64,000 bases of DNA from Octopus vulgaris (GCA_951406725.2 OX597818.1:126480001-126544000); one strand, 5' to 3'. Positions 1-15,466 are shown, numbered from the stretch's first letter. A program made the numbers and translations. The notes: generated by a model from the letters alone, not told the origin.

Positions 1-426
1 ACACACATCACATAGATGTGCACACACACGCACACACTCACACAAACACATTGAAAAAAATACAGATGATACAAGGCAATCCGTTTTCAGAATAAAACAC
101 AAAACAAACAACGAAAAAAAACCCAGAAAGATAAAAGGTGAGTTTTCAAGGTGAGGGAGCATTTCATTAATTATACGCTAAGATTTATGGCATATGAAAA
201 CTTCGTAATCAAAAGATTTCTCATTCTCATATGAGATAGGCTGAATATGGCTTTGTAAAATGTCTTTGATACTTTACGAAAGAATGGTTGGTAAAGCATC
301 AGTGCGTGACGATGGATTGTGTATCAGTATACATATATATATATACATGCATGTATGTACATACATACGCACATAGACACACCACGTGCACACATACACA
401 CCTATACACATACATACATACATACA

Positions 427-496
<70 letters not shown>

Positions 497-859
497 AGTA
501 TGTGGTGAAGCAACTTGTTGCTAAACGCTTAATAATTGTAATAAATATATATATAAAAAACTTTTATATATATAATTATTTAAAATTTTTTTATCGAATA
601 TGATTCTTTTCCATACCGAAAACTACTTAGTAAAATTTATCAATTTATTAAATCAATAAATTGATAAATTTTAAATCAATAATTCTTTACCCTGTATCTG
701 TAAGGATATATATATATATATACACATATATATACACACCCGCATAATATATATATATATATATGTTATTCATGGACCCCTCTATCGTTTAAATGATACA
801 TTCTCTTCAAATAAACAATGTAATCTACATCAAGACCTGCAAATCGTAATGGTTCTGTC

Positions 860-891
<32 letters not shown>

Positions 892-1080
892 AGCTCTCAC
901 GCGCGTTCGTCTGTGCGTGTATGTGTGTGTGTGTGTTTGTATATATGTATATACAATATACCTTATCTTTATCAAAAATATATTATTTTAAGATATATAC
1001 ACCCGTTAATTTCCCTAAATTATGGATGGTTATTTTCCTGTGTGCTCCTATATTAGTTGGTACCATCATTGGTCTGAAAC

Positions 1081-1382
1081 TTCGTCGGTTACAACAACGA
1101 GTGTTCCAGCCAATCAACGGAACAGCTTGCTCGTGGAATTAACGTGCAAGTGGCTGAGAACTCCACGGACACAGACTCTCTTAACGTAGTTCACAGAGAA
1201 ATTCAGAGTGAAACAGAGTGCTATAAGACTAACCCTTTGAATTTACAGGCACAACTTATTTTGGCCAGTTGAGTGAAGTGGAGCAGCGAGAACTAAAGTG
1301 TTTTGCTTGTGGACACAACGCATCGTCGGGAATCGAACTCACGACCCTACCATCGTGAGTCGAATATCCTAACCACGCGCCC
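1081..1382 (-). mobile_element. tRNA-derived SINE, family C
   Basis: Minus-strand Pol III B-box-like head (plus strand gggaatcgaactcacgacc). The body (tcaacggaacag..tgctcgtg..attaa.gtgcaagtggctgag) is shared with 50756-51054. Confidence 0.8.
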
Positions 1383-3170
1383 TGACATCGGTTCGATCAG
1401 TAGAAGATTAGAAAAATACGCATTGAGATGTTTAATGACTCCTCAACATGACAACGAAGTTATATCGGCCTTTCCTCCTTCTTGGTCTCATCAAAGTATA
1501 TATTACTTAGTACTTGGGTCCATATGATCGACTATGTCTCCACTCCAAGAATGTATGCGGTCATTTGCTTGTAAGAAATCGTACGTATTCTACTTATCAC
1601 TCTGTGTTCGGGTGTTACTTTTTAAACAAGCATAACTTGATGATTTGATTTTGATTTTTCCAGTTTCAGCCCATGAGCTGTGGCCATGCTGGGGCACCGC
1701 CATAACTGTGAAATAAAATTGATAACGTATTCGAAATATTTAAAATAATGCAATACTTTCAGTCTTATTCTTTCAAAAACCACAACTAAAGAATATCGAA
1801 GATGTAATGGAAAACTTTACCGTAATGAATCAATTTTAAGTGTTGCGCTTTCAACAACCGTAACTATGGAATAATATTGATGACCTTGTGGCAATATTTA
1901 ATATATACTCTTTTAACGATTGTAGCTATCGATTATTATCTAAAAAGAAAAACATACGCACATACACATGTTGCACAATCATTCACTCAATACATACAAA
2001 CATACATGTCTATGTTCATAGATGGACCCCATCTTTGGCAGAGGCGATGTAGCGTTGGCCCGACATAACGTTATCAGGTCGAAGTGAAAACAGTCTTTTT
2101 CTCTCTATATTTTTTTCATTTCTCTACCAGAATTTAAAAAAAAAAAAACACGACACGTTAAGCTGATTGAGAAATCAATTCGCCGTAACCTTTATTACAA
2201 AACGTATGTTAACGTTGTTTCCGTTTACTCAAGGCATTATCCACTGACACCACTTTTGACAATCAACGAAATCTTATTCAAACCAATATGCATCAAAGTA
2301 TTTTCTACATTACATCAATTACAGAATGCCTTATAATCATATAATCAAATATTTATGCATTTTCTATAAGTACATTTAGGTAAGCTATTTTATGTTGAAA
2401 CTTGAAACATCTTATACAATACATTTCCATACATATTACAGTTTACTATCGAACCTACATCCATAAACTTTGTAGAAACACGTGCATCTTTATAATTTCA
2501 CTATTGTATGATTCAGTACGGAAGAGGATTATACTTCAGGTAGAACATTTCGTAATAGTAGAAAAAGTAATATATAATGAATTATTGTTGTTATTTTCAT
2601 TTTATTTTCCACAAATATTTCGCAATGCAGCTATTTTAATCATAGGGGCGTTACGTACAGTTAATGCGAGCTTACTGATAAAAAAAATATTCCATTAACG
2701 CTCAAAACAAGAACATCTGTTCACATCTTAATTCCTCTGTCCGTAGGATATATATAGTCGGGCGGACACACACACACACACGTGTGCGTGTGTTCTTCAC
2801 TTTTAGTTATTGCACTGTAACTATTGCTTCAGTGCCACTGTCATCAGTTTAGTCCCACAAATCACCCCAGTACTTATTCTTTTGTAAGTCTGGTACCTAT
2901 TTTATTGATAACTTTTACCGCACTGCTAGCTTACGAGAGGCATAATCTAAAAATCTAAACCAATACCCGTAGATAACAGTCTGAATAACACAAAGACATG
3001 CACACACATACATATATACATGCATTCGTATTATACTTTTTGAGATCTAGTTATACGTTTTATAAAAATATATAATATTTGTTATTTATGTTTTGGTTTA
3101 TGTCTATCACTGTTTAAGTTGCTTAGTAGTGGTTTTATCCCTAATTGATATTATATATATACATATACAT

Positions 3171-4640
<1,470 letters not shown>

Positions 4641-5054
4641 TATATATATATATATAACTAGATAAGTTTATGAATTTGAATATGTTTAATTTTTTGTTAG
4701 CGGAATGAATCATGAAGTAAATATAGAAAAAAGAAATATGTTTTCGTCTTGGTATTTTATTTTTAAGCATAAAAGCTATAGACTTATCAAATTTCTACAC
4801 AGAAGATAACCTTTGCTACTCTCAGGCCCCATGGGAGGTTGAGCTCGACATAATCGAGCCAGCAAAGCAAATGAGGCCAATCAGAAAGCGACTCAGTGAA
4901 AGAGTTTCTGCATGGTTATTTAGAACTGCTAGAAATAGCAACAAGATCTTCCAGAAACAACACCCTACCATTTAATAAAGACACATTGGACATTTTGTCT
5001 CTATTTTGTTTTTAATCGCTTCTCTAGTGAAATAAAAGCAGCATACACGATCTA

Positions 5055-6339
5055 TCAGATCATCCCATAAGTTATGTCTGAATTTTGAATAAAGAAAACA
5101 AGTGATCAAATGTTATATTTAATTGAAATTTAATCATCAATGTACTTTCCCTAATTATTTATTGACTTCTTTCTATTTATTTACAAGCTTTTTAATCCTA
5201 TCAATGTAAAACTCTTTTGGTTTCAAGGCGAAGAACTCTGAAATATCAGTTTCGACCTCCTCCTGGCTTGCGAAAGTTATGTTCTCCAAATGATTCTGTA
5301 AACTACGAAACAAATGGTAGACTGAAGGAACAAGGTCGAGAGAATAAGGTGGATGAGGATTTTTTTCCCAACAAAGCTCTTCGATCTTCTGTGATCTGAT
5401 CTTCGCAGTGCGGGGTCGCGCATTGTCCTGATGAAAGATCACTCTTTTCGATTCAATAAAGCGTTTTTTTTCTTCTTCAAAGTTTGGTTCAAACCCTCTA
5501 ATTGCTGACAGTAGACTTGAGCATTGATTGTTGCATTAGGTGGTAACAATTCAAAGTGAATTGCTCCTTTGCAATCCCACTAGATGGAGAGAAGAACCTT
5601 TTTCCTATGAAGTTCCTTTCTCGGTTGTGGTTGAGCTTTTTCCCTTTCACCAAGCCACTGTTTACGATGTTTAACATTTTGATAGAACATCCATCTTTCG
5701 TCACCAGTCACAAGTCTATTCAAAAAGGGTGAAATGAGTTTGTGAGAATGGAAAGAATAGCAGATGTCAACTCGGGATTTGCTGTTGCTTTCGGACAATT
5801 CATGAGGCACCTATTTTCCAAGTTTAGGAACCTTTCCAAGTTTTTGAAGATGATGATGAACAGTTGTATGGTTTGAACTAAGCTTTATTGCCAATTCTTC
5901 AACTGATAATGCAGGATTTACTTCATGTAATGCCTCAAGGAGCTTATCATCAAACTCAACTGGACGTCCTGTTCGTCTTCATCTTAAATGCTGAAATCTC
6001 CACTTCTGAATTTTGGAAACCATCTTCTGCAAGTTCTTTCATTCAAGCATTCTTTCCCATAAACTGAGTGTGTTTCGAGTCGCTTCGGTTGCAGAGTTTC
6101 TTGTTTTTGTACTCATAAAGTATTATGTGCCTCAAATTCTCTTTAGATACTCCCATGTTAGAAAGGGTTTTAATCAAAGAAATTTTAATTCTATTATTCT
6201 GTAAAATAATATTTGATTAGTTTAAATGTACACAAATGCATAAAAATAATTTTTCATTATATTAGATATTCTGAAATATTATTAAATTTCATTCAATTTT
6301 AAAAAGGTAAAATCAGACAAAACTTATAGAATGACCTGA
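5055..6339 (-). mobile_element. Full-length decayed mariner DNA transposon (~1285 bp)
   Basis: Imperfect TIRs tcagatcatcccataagttatgtctga / tcagacaaaacttatagaatgacctga, each flanked by TA. Transposase fragments VPHELS, LVTGDERW, FHQDNARP, HPPYSLDLVPSVYHLFRSLQ are broken by frameshifts. Confidence 0.92.
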
Positions 6340-6491
6340 TATTTTCTGAGTTTTCATGACTACTGCAAGGAAAGCAGAAAATTAGCCTCACATCGTTAAC
6401 CTGGCCACATGCTTGCAGCAATATAGAAATCCATTAAAAGAATGAATCCCTGGCCTAGGCAGGGAACGGTGTGCCCTGGCCTAGTCACAAC

Positions 6492-6536
6492 GTTCTAATA
6501 CGTTGGGCGGTGTTAAACCGCCCAACGTATTGGAAC
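6492..6536. repeat. 20-bp hairpin
   Basis: gttctaatacgttgggcggt-gttaa-accgcccaacgtattggaac, with one G-U pair. Confidence 0.85.
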
Positions 6537-6817
6537 TACAATTCGACACCCTGTGCCTGTAAGAATGGTATCATTTACGAGAGTTTAGGCTGTAGTTACG
6601 TTTGGAACATATTTAATCATAAACTTGACGATATGTTAGGTCAAGCAACGAGTACAAGTACACACTGTGTCAAAAGGAATGGTATCATTTGCGATAGATT
6701 TGGTTTCGATTTGGCTCTCTGTGGCCACGTTATAGTTGAGTTTAATCATGTCTGGCTTGATCCGTATTAAGAACAACAAAAGGCAGCCACAACAACAACA
6801 ACAGCAGCAGCAACACC

Positions 6818-6864
<47 letters not shown>

Positions 6865-7357
6865 AAAAACACTAGCACCATCACCACCAACAACAACAGC
6901 AGATGTAACAACTGTAACAATTGTCGGCTTTACAGGGTTTTCGAAGATTAGAAGTGGTTGGGAAAAAGCCTTCGCAACATGTGGTACTTCTGTTGACTGA
7001 ACAAATGAGAAATTACATGCTTATAACGATAACAACGTACGAACCGTCAACCTTTACTTTGGTTGTCCGCTTCTTCCGTTCACTCGGCCGTAAGCAGTCT
7101 GTACTTCGTAGAAAAAATTAAAATAGTAGTAATAATAATAATAAAGTTCAGAAGAGTTAAAAACGAAAATAGCAACGACTTCACTATAGCTGACATTTTG
7201 ATAAGGACAATAAAGAGGCTGTTTCAGCTTTCGAGTGTTCACACACACACACACACACACACGCGCACACACACACATATATGTACACACATTTACATAT
7301 GCATATGTATATATATATGTATGTATGCATGTATGTATGCGTGTGTATGTGTTTGTT

Positions 7358-7389
<32 letters not shown>

Positions 7390-7390
7390 T

Positions 7391-7446
<56 letters not shown>

Positions 7447-7563
7447 GACCTAAGTACCTCTTGTGTTCCGATATCTACAATTACGTATGAATCTGTTGAG
7501 TTGCTTCCCTCACTATCTGCCTCTCTGTTTTGTTTCACTTTCTCTCCCTATATAAGTGTGTGT

Positions 7564-7601
<38 letters not shown>

Positions 7602-7660
7602 TTTGATACTTTGATAGGATTCGACCATTATTGGCCCAGGCCATGTCTAACTTAATAGCA

Positions 7661-7710
<50 letters not shown>

Positions 7711-7951
7711 GTGTGTGTGTGTGTGTATCTATGTATTATATATAATATATTCATGTTTATATATAGATGTATATAAATAGACATAATGTATTATGTATAT
7801 ACGTTTATCTAAACACATGTACACACACATACACTTGCAAATATTTATATATAAACGTACACACATACAGACATACATATATATGTAGACATACACACAT
7901 ATATTGTATATATATTAATATATATATATTATAATAAAAAAATTACTGATA

Positions 7952-7995
<44 letters not shown>

Positions 7996-7999
<4 letters not shown>

Positions 8000-8217
8000 A
8001 CATAAATGTGAAACAAGGTGGAAAAAAGAGTACTCAAATACCAGTGGTAGAGTAATATGCTTTATTTTAAGCAGCAGAAAATTCAACAAAATCTGTTACT
8101 CTGAGTTTCTCGTTGCCGTTCATCAGACAGTTTTTGCTAGAAAAAACTGTCTGATGAACGGCAACGAGAAACTCAGAGTAACAGATTTTGTTGAATTTTC
8201 TGCTGCTTAAAATAAAG
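7996..8217. mobile_element. PLE terminal-repeat fragment with a perfect 76-bp fold-back, between (TA)n tracts
   Basis: Arms 8060-8135 and 8142-8217 are exact reverse complements with a 6-nt loop. Each arm carries an HHR core. Confidence 0.85.
8147..8184 (+). ncRNA. Minimal type I hammerhead ribozyme (mirror copy on minus strand at 8093-8130)
   Basis: ctgt-CTGATGA-acggcaacga-GAAAC-tcaga-GTA-acag. Stem I is ctgt/acag; stem III is the quasi-palindrome actcagagt. Confidence 0.75.
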
Positions 8218-8599
8218 TATATATATATATATATATATGCATGTATTCACACACAAACGCATTCCTATTGAATGTGTAAATAGAAAGAGAAATAGAGTGG
8301 GGAGGGGAGAGTAAAAGAAAGAAAGAAAGAAAGAAAGATAAGGAAAGGAGAGAGAAACAAAAGGTGAGTGCGGGTGACTGACTCGTTATGTAAGGTGTAG
8401 GTGAGGAATATATATATATTAATAGTTTTAAATTTAACTGAAGAGATGGTCTAAAAATATTATAGAATCATTGACGCCGTTTATATATAAAAAAAGAGAT
8501 TCTATTGTTCGTCACATGATATTTTTAACTTTTTCTAGTGAATGAAGATCATAGTATATTTTTGCATGGCAATGTCCTTGATGTTAGAATTGATAGTGT

Positions 8600-8760
8600 G
8601 TCGAACAAAATTTCAAATTCCATCGCAGTCAACTTTGCATTTCATATCCTTTCGGGATCGATAATATAAAGTGCCATTCAAGTACTGGTATCGATGGTCC
8701 CGACGAAATAACTCCCCTGACCCACGCCATTGCTGGCCCTGTGCATACTTTAGAAATTAT
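8600..8760 (+). mobile_element. Degenerate SINE family B
   Basis: ttcaaattcc...gtcaactttgcatttcatatcctttcgggatcgataa matches the family B core. Confidence 0.65.
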
Positions 8761-8771
8761 TTTAAGATATT

Positions 8772-8985
8772 CTTTTATTCTTTTACTTGTTTCGGCCATA
8801 TGACTGCGGCCATGCTGCAGCACCACCTTGAAGAATTTTTGTAGAACAAATCGTCCTTAGAATTTATTTTTTATAGCCCGGTACTTATTTTTTGGTGTCT
8901 TTTGCCGAACTGCTAAGTTACGTGGATGTAAACACACCAACATCAGTTGCCAAAGGGTGATGAGAGGGATAAAGACAGACTCAAC
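8772..8985 (-). mobile_element. SINE family A 3' part
   Basis: ttttacttgtttc..tgactgcggccatgctg...ttttgccgaactgctaagttacg is the reverse complement of the family A tail. Confidence 0.75.
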
Positions 8986-9490
8986 GACGCACAAACATAA
9001 GGAAGATACACACATAAAGGGGTGGAAAATTAGATAAAAAGGGGAAGATAGAAGAGAAAGATGAAGAACAAGAGCGAAAGAGATCTGCAATTAGATGTAG
9101 AATCCTTAGCAACAATAGCAGGTCCCTGACGTTGTTCTTCCAGCAGTACAGTATGTGTAGTAACACTGTTTGCAGGTCCGAAGATGGTCGCAAAACCCAC
9201 CTTAGTTCCAGGACTACAGATCGGAGACCACAACGAGAAGTTACACCACATCACTTTGTGCCGATAGGGAGTAAATGGGGATAAGAGAGAGGTGGTAGAC
9301 TGTTGCGGGGTGTAACAAAGGAAGATATGAGCAGAAGAAAAAGCCTTCAGCGTGAACAATGATGCACAAATCGCTCAAAGCAGGACACACATCAACATGA
9401 CCGGGCTGAGATCAAACCGGAGTTCTCTGAAATATAAAAAATGTCGACGTTTCGACGATGTACTATCTAAGAACGGTGGAGTTTAAGAAA

Positions 9491-9530
<40 letters not shown>

Positions 9531-9531
<1 letters not shown>

Positions 9532-9671
9532 TAAGTAATTAAGGGTTTAGCAACGATTTGCCTCACTACACACCGAATTTAGAAATAGCAGTCAAAAAGT
9601 TTTGGCTATTCTTTCTACTTAAAAGGGAGATCCCAGTAAAACCAAAGCACTTAAAAACCAAACGACGCAGG

Positions 9672-9711
<40 letters not shown>

Positions 9712-9860
9712 CGTTATATAATTAGGGTTCAGTAAAATAATTTACTTTACCACGTACTGAAACCTTTAGAAATAGCAGCCAAAAAGTTTTTTTTGGGGCC
9801 ATTTCTTCTACTATTAGAAAACTCTCCCAGATAGTGTTTACTCAAAAATAATTCACGTAG
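9531..9860 (-). repeat. Two related short TA-flanked fragments (family also at ~492-540 and ~61260-61350)
   Basis: Shared motif tttgactgctatttctaa...gt.tgtggt.aagcaa...ttgctaaaccctt directly abutting (TA)n. Confidence 0.6.
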
Positions 9861-9895
9861 ATATATATATATATATATATATACATATATATATA

Positions 9896-10279
9896 CGAGC
9901 AAAACGCCCCCGTCCAATGGACGGTGCTGAGTAGTCAAGCATTTAAATAAAATTTTCTCAAAACAACTTTCTGACCGTCCCATTTTGTGGCATTATTTCA
10001 AGCTAGCCGGCTTTTTTGGCGCAAAACTGCACGTACATTTTTCTCGCGTAAGCGTTGTATCGATTGCAACAGCTGATGTACTTGCGCGTTAAATGCACGT
10101 TCCCACGGCTTTATCGATCGCATTTTCACCTGGAATCGATTTTTGTAATTGTTTCAAGAGTTTACACGCCCTGATACCGTCGGTATCTTCATATCAAATT
10201 TGAGCGCAATTGGATGGAGGATGCCCGAGATCCTAGAAGACAAACACACACACAGACAGAACGGTTTTTATTCAATAGA
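9896..10279 (-). mobile_element. Non-autonomous Helitron-like element
   Basis: The minus strand starts a|TCtattgaataaaa and ends gCTCG|t, one mismatch from CTAG. A subterminal hairpin ccgtcc-aat-ggacgg lies at 9910-9924, with an internal acagacaga tract. It is inserted between A and T with no TSD. Confidence 0.7.
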
Positions 10280-11017
10280 TATGAATAATTCTAGGATGTT
10301 GTGAAAGACTACTTTATCCAATACGTCTTTTTCAAAGATGGTTGGCTGTAATTTAAGGCAGATTTGGCACTTGTTTCTTCAAAGTTGAACGACCGCGTGG
10401 TGGATGCTCCTTCGTTGTCTTATCTTGTTGTTGACCATGGTGCTGGAATATTCGTGGTTTTATTATTATTGATATTCCTCTTGTTGTTAATGTCAGTGTC
10501 GCCGTGGTCGTCGTTGATATTGAACGTCGTTAATGGCAATGTTGCTGTTGATGCAATTCTTGTTTATTTCACAATTTTCATTCCCGAAGCTTTTATTCTT
10601 GAGAAATGGGTTATAAAAAAAGAACAAAAAGAAAGCCGCGAAATGTGCTTTTTTGATACTGCTACCATCGTTGCTATTGTTGTTATTGTTGTTGTAGTAG
10701 CTTCTGCTAACAGTTATTCATTTTCATCGTCGTCTACCTACCTTCTTTGGTCGTCTCCTTCATCTTCATCTTTGCTGTTGTTGTTAATGCTATTGTTGTC
10801 GTTAATGTTATTGTCAGCGGTGTTGCTATTCTTCTCAATGTTGTTGTAGTTGTTGATGTTGCTATTATCAACATTGTTGCTGCTGCTGCTTCTTCTGCTG
10901 CTGCTGCTGCTATTGTTTGTGTTAGATTCGCAGGTTTAATGGATTTATCTAATATTATTAGCGTGGAATTCCTTTATTGCAAACATGTGTTGGGCAGGGT
11001 ACGTGCGCGCCTGTGTG

Positions 11018-11068
<51 letters not shown>

Positions 11069-11151
11069 TATTTTATATATGTATGTATGTATATATATAT
11101 ATATATATGTGTGTGTGTATTTAATATTTTATATATGTATGTATATATATG

Positions 11152-11226
<75 letters not shown>

Positions 11227-12029
11227 TTTATGCATGTAAGTTATCTCTGCGTGTATATATTTATGTAGTGAATGTGTTTGTATGCTTTTATGTATGCGTA
11301 TATACATGTAGATACGTTTGTAATTATATGCAGTGCATGTGTTTATTTATGCATATTTATGCATGTGGAACGATATAAATGCAGGAGTATTGATAGACTT
11401 GTGTATATATGTGTATACACGTGTTTTCGAATGTTTTATTCGATAGTAGGAGGTGCTTCATAACAAAGGCAATCCGAAGAAAAATGAAGGCACGAAGAAT
11501 TTTAACAGAGAAGTGGCTACAGGAAATGTTGGAAGCTGTTCATTAACGATGTATGGCATGAAGGAGTTGGGTAGAATATGGAAGCAGAGGGGAGGGTTTG
11601 GGATCAGAGATGCAGAAATAAGGAGGCAAAGTAGCGCTGTGGTATAGAGATTAAGGCAAAAAGAGAAAGAGAGGATAGAGAGAGGAGAGACAGAGAGGGG
11701 GAATGAGAGAGAGAGAGAAAGAGACAGAGAAGGAATGAGAGAGAGAAAGAAGAGATGGCGTACATATGCCACAAGCACGTCTGCACTTAACATAGAGCAC
11801 GCGTAAATGTCAGAATATAGAAGTATGCATACGCTTGCAGTTGCATTCATATATAAATATTAGTTACATATACACTTGCACGTACACACACACAGAACAG
11901 ACACATACACACGCACACATATACGCACACATACATATATATATATATATATACATATATATGTATATATATGTGTGTGTGCACATGTATACATATGTAT
12001 GTGTGTATGTATACGTTTATATATGCGTG

Positions 12030-12108
<79 letters not shown>

Positions 12109-12208
12109 GTATATATATATATTATATATATATATATGTATATATAAATATGTATATATATATATATATGTGTATATATATATATACATGTATATATATA
12201 TATATGTC

Positions 12209-12254
<46 letters not shown>

Positions 12255-12974
12255 AGCATACACACGTACAAAACCAAACGAAATAAGTGTGTGCAAATGT
12301 CGGGATGAGCATCCGATTTCCTATAAAGTGACATAAAAACAAATTTTAAACTGAAAAAAAAAATGTCTGTGATATCTGGAAATCTGGAATTCCATTGATG
12401 AAGAGAAATTATAAAAGAACTTAAGAAAGCCGCTCAGGCGTTAAAATATTATGTTTGGTTTTAACATTAAATTTTTGGTTTTTCTTTCTTGAACATTCGA
12501 TATGGAATTTCAGGACATTTCATCCACATTTTATAGATATGTGTATGTGTTTTATTGCCATGGATAATATCAGAAAAAAATATATATAAAGAATTGAAAT
12601 ATATAAACTCTTGCTCAAATATACGTACGCGCATGAGTACACACGTGCATACATATATATATATATGTGTGTGTGTGTGTATGCCTGAGTCCGTATATGC
12701 TTGAGTCTGTGTATGTTTGATTCTGTGTATGTTTGAGTGTGTGTATGCTGAAGTGTGTGTGTGTGTGTGTGCGTGTGTGTGTGTGTGTGTGTAATCATGT
12801 TGATCTTAAGTTTGAAGTGGAGTAATGCAGCAACAAAGCTTCTCCTTCAAAAATACATAACTACATTTCACATCATGCATTGAATTATGTTTCCGTTTAT
12901 AAATTCAATCGTGTTTATATGTACGTGTATATATACATATATTCATACACACACACACACACACATGTATATAT

Positions 12975-13170
12975 AGTTAATCCAAACAAGAAAACACAAA
13001 AAAGCACAACAACGCGAGGACGTGGAACAAATATAGAATTATTGGACGCTCAGGAAAGAAGGGAAGAAGGAGGGTTTAACGTTTCGAGCGGAGCTCATAC
13101 GTCGGAAACATAGGAGAAGGAAAGATCCAGAGAAGGGAAGACATATACGGTACACACGAGGTCACATTAT
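12975..13170 (-). mobile_element. PLE terminal fragment with degenerate HHR-like motif (13078-13105)
   Basis: Minus strand ccgacgtat-gagc tcc gctc-GAAAC-gtt, followed by ttcctgagcgt as at 4540 and 46350. Confidence 0.55.
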
Positions 13171-13755
13171 ATGTAATATGTATGTACGTATGTATGTATA
13201 CATGCATACATGTAAGTATAAGGTATACAAGACTTGTGCTGATACTTTAAACCCAAGAGATTTCCAACAGTGGCTCAGCCTGTAAACAATCATAAATTAA
13301 CAGCTATTGATTTTAAAACATTTGTTTAAGTGTTCGAAACGTTTGATATATCGCAATGCTATACTTCCTTATGTGTATAATATAAGAGTATGGGAGTTTG
13401 CGGTAGCATAATATATGTAGGCCTAATAACTATAGTAACGTAATGTGCATTGGCAATACACCCAAAAATTACACACACACACACATACACGCACACACAC
13501 ACACATTATTAATTAATATACGCACTTGAAGCTGTCTTAGATTAAAGTGCCGGTGTACACACATTACGCGGAAGCGTGGAATAGCAGTAGTTGTAATAAT
13601 TTTCCTGATCGAACTCTTCAAAGACTCCTGCTTGTTAGATATAATGTACGATTATGGAAGTATATTAGTAACTGCATGCATGCTACACCCTTGCATGTGC
13701 ATATGCGCGCGACGCAGAATGCACGCACAAACACACGTGCTCCCCCACATATATG

Positions 13756-13789
<34 letters not shown>

Positions 13790-13817
13790 TGTATGTATGT
13801 ATGTATATATATATATG

Positions 13818-13868
<51 letters not shown>

Positions 13869-13880
13869 ATACAGATATGT

Positions 13881-14190
13881 AGTGGCTGTGTGGTAAGTAG
13901 CTTGTTTACCAACCACATGGTTCCGGGTTCAGTCCACTGCGTGGTACATTGGGCAAGTGTCTTCTACTATATCGGGCCGACCAAATATATATATATATAT
14001 ATGCGTGTGTGTGTTCGTGTGTCTGTGTTTGTTCCCCTAGCATTGCTTATATATATAGCAAAAGAGACCGATAGAATAAGTACTGGGCTTACAAAAGAAT
14101 AAGTCCCGGGGTCGAGTTGCTCGATTAAAGGCGGTGCTCCAGCATGGCCGCAGTCAAAAGACTGAAACAAGTAAAAGAGTAAAGAGAGTA
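13881..14190 (+). mobile_element. tRNA-derived SINE family A (internally deleted)
   Basis: agtggctgtgtggtaagtagcttg...gggttcagtcc head and gctccagcatggccgcagtcaa...gaaacaagtaaaagag tail. Confidence 0.85.
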
Positions 14191-14198
14191 TATATGCA

Positions 14199-14232
<34 letters not shown>

Positions 14233-14258
14233 TGTACATATATATATACACATACACA

Positions 14259-15050
14259 CAGGGTCACGGTTGGCGATGCTGAATATAAAAGTTTGTAGTA
14301 GTGCTCTTGGACGGAAATATGTTGGAAATCTACTCGCGGAACTCAAACCGTGAAGCTACAGACTCTCTTGACACCATTGTAGCAAAACAAATCTTTAGTT
14401 TTTATTTGCCAATATTTGATGCACGGAAGTACATGAATATCAATTTCCATGATGTCCTCTTCATGGATGTGGCCTGAGCTACTCTGGATTGCCCCGACGG
14501 GCGGTTCAAAGTTTTGATAACTTTTGTAGCCTCTCGCCCGCATCGTAATCGGCGTCAACAAAGAGGTGGTGGTGACATGTTTTGCGCGGGAATCATATGA
14601 ACTTGTCGAGCCATTCCGAGTACCAGGAGGTGTCAAACTCAACAGCAACACCTACACCGCATTTCTGGGAAAGCACTTTTCAGCGTCGTTAGACGATCTG
14701 CCTCTCTCATGTCGACGGCGATTGATTTCTATGCATGACAATGCTCCTTCACATTCAGCCAAGGTTACAATTTCGATCCTCGCAACTCTGGGAATTACAG
14801 GCCAATCACTCATGTCTTAACCTCCCTGTTCTTCTGACCTAAACCCTGTCGAACAGCTCTGGTCGATCTCGAAGAGGAACGTGCATGAAGGAGGTATCAA
14901 GTTTTCATCGAAGGATGCCCTGTGGGAAAAGATCAAAACAGTTGCTGGTACCATGAAAATCATCTCAGATTAGTCGGCTACCAGCTTCTGTTGACAAAAG
15001 ACTGTTTGATGTCATTTGTAGACAAGGAAGTTACATAGACAAATAAAGTA
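14259..15050 (+). mobile_element. Decayed Tc1-like transposase remnant
   Basis: GVKLNSNTY...MHDNAPSHSAK...*PPCSSDLNPVEQLWSISKR is a DD34E-type C-terminus with stops. Element ends are uncertain. Confidence 0.85.
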
Positions 15051-15391
15051 TAGCACCAACAATTTAATTGTGTTTATTTCATAACTTTTGCTGCTATTCT
15101 TCAGTGGTGTGTTTCATTATTACAATAAAATGCTATTATATCGATAATACTTAGTTTCGTTACCTTAAATTGGCATTTTCGTGTACCTGCAATAAACCGT
15201 GACACAGTTGAAATCACCTCCAACTACATACATAACTCAACATAACTTTGTATGTAGCCAATAAATACGATTGCAATGTTCACTGCGTACGTACCAACCT
15301 AGGATATTTTAGTAGACCAAGTCTTACGTTTGTATAACGTTTAGTATTCAAGATATCAACAAAAATTTATATATATATATAACGGCTACCG

Positions 15392-15466
15392 CTGATGGGT
15401 GCAGGGTTACATAATCGGACTGTTACCTAATACTCCGTTGAACCCCTAGCGTGAAACCGATTGGTA
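15392..15466 (+). ncRNA. Degenerate long-stem-II hammerhead-like motif
   Basis: CTGATGG-[54 nt, gtgcagggtt...aacccctagcgt]-GAAAC-cgattg-GTA next to (TA)n. Stem I pairs poorly. Confidence 0.4.

Noticed and set aside
6736-6951. Poly-Q/poly-H ORF resembling a transcription factor
   Set aside because: It is a compound (CAA/CAG/CAC)n microsatellite with no flanking domain.
10364-10849. 161-aa hydrophobic ORF resembling a membrane protein
   Set aside because: It is built from degenerate (GTT/GCT)n trinucleotide repeats and starts inside a repeat fragment, with no splice or homology evidence.
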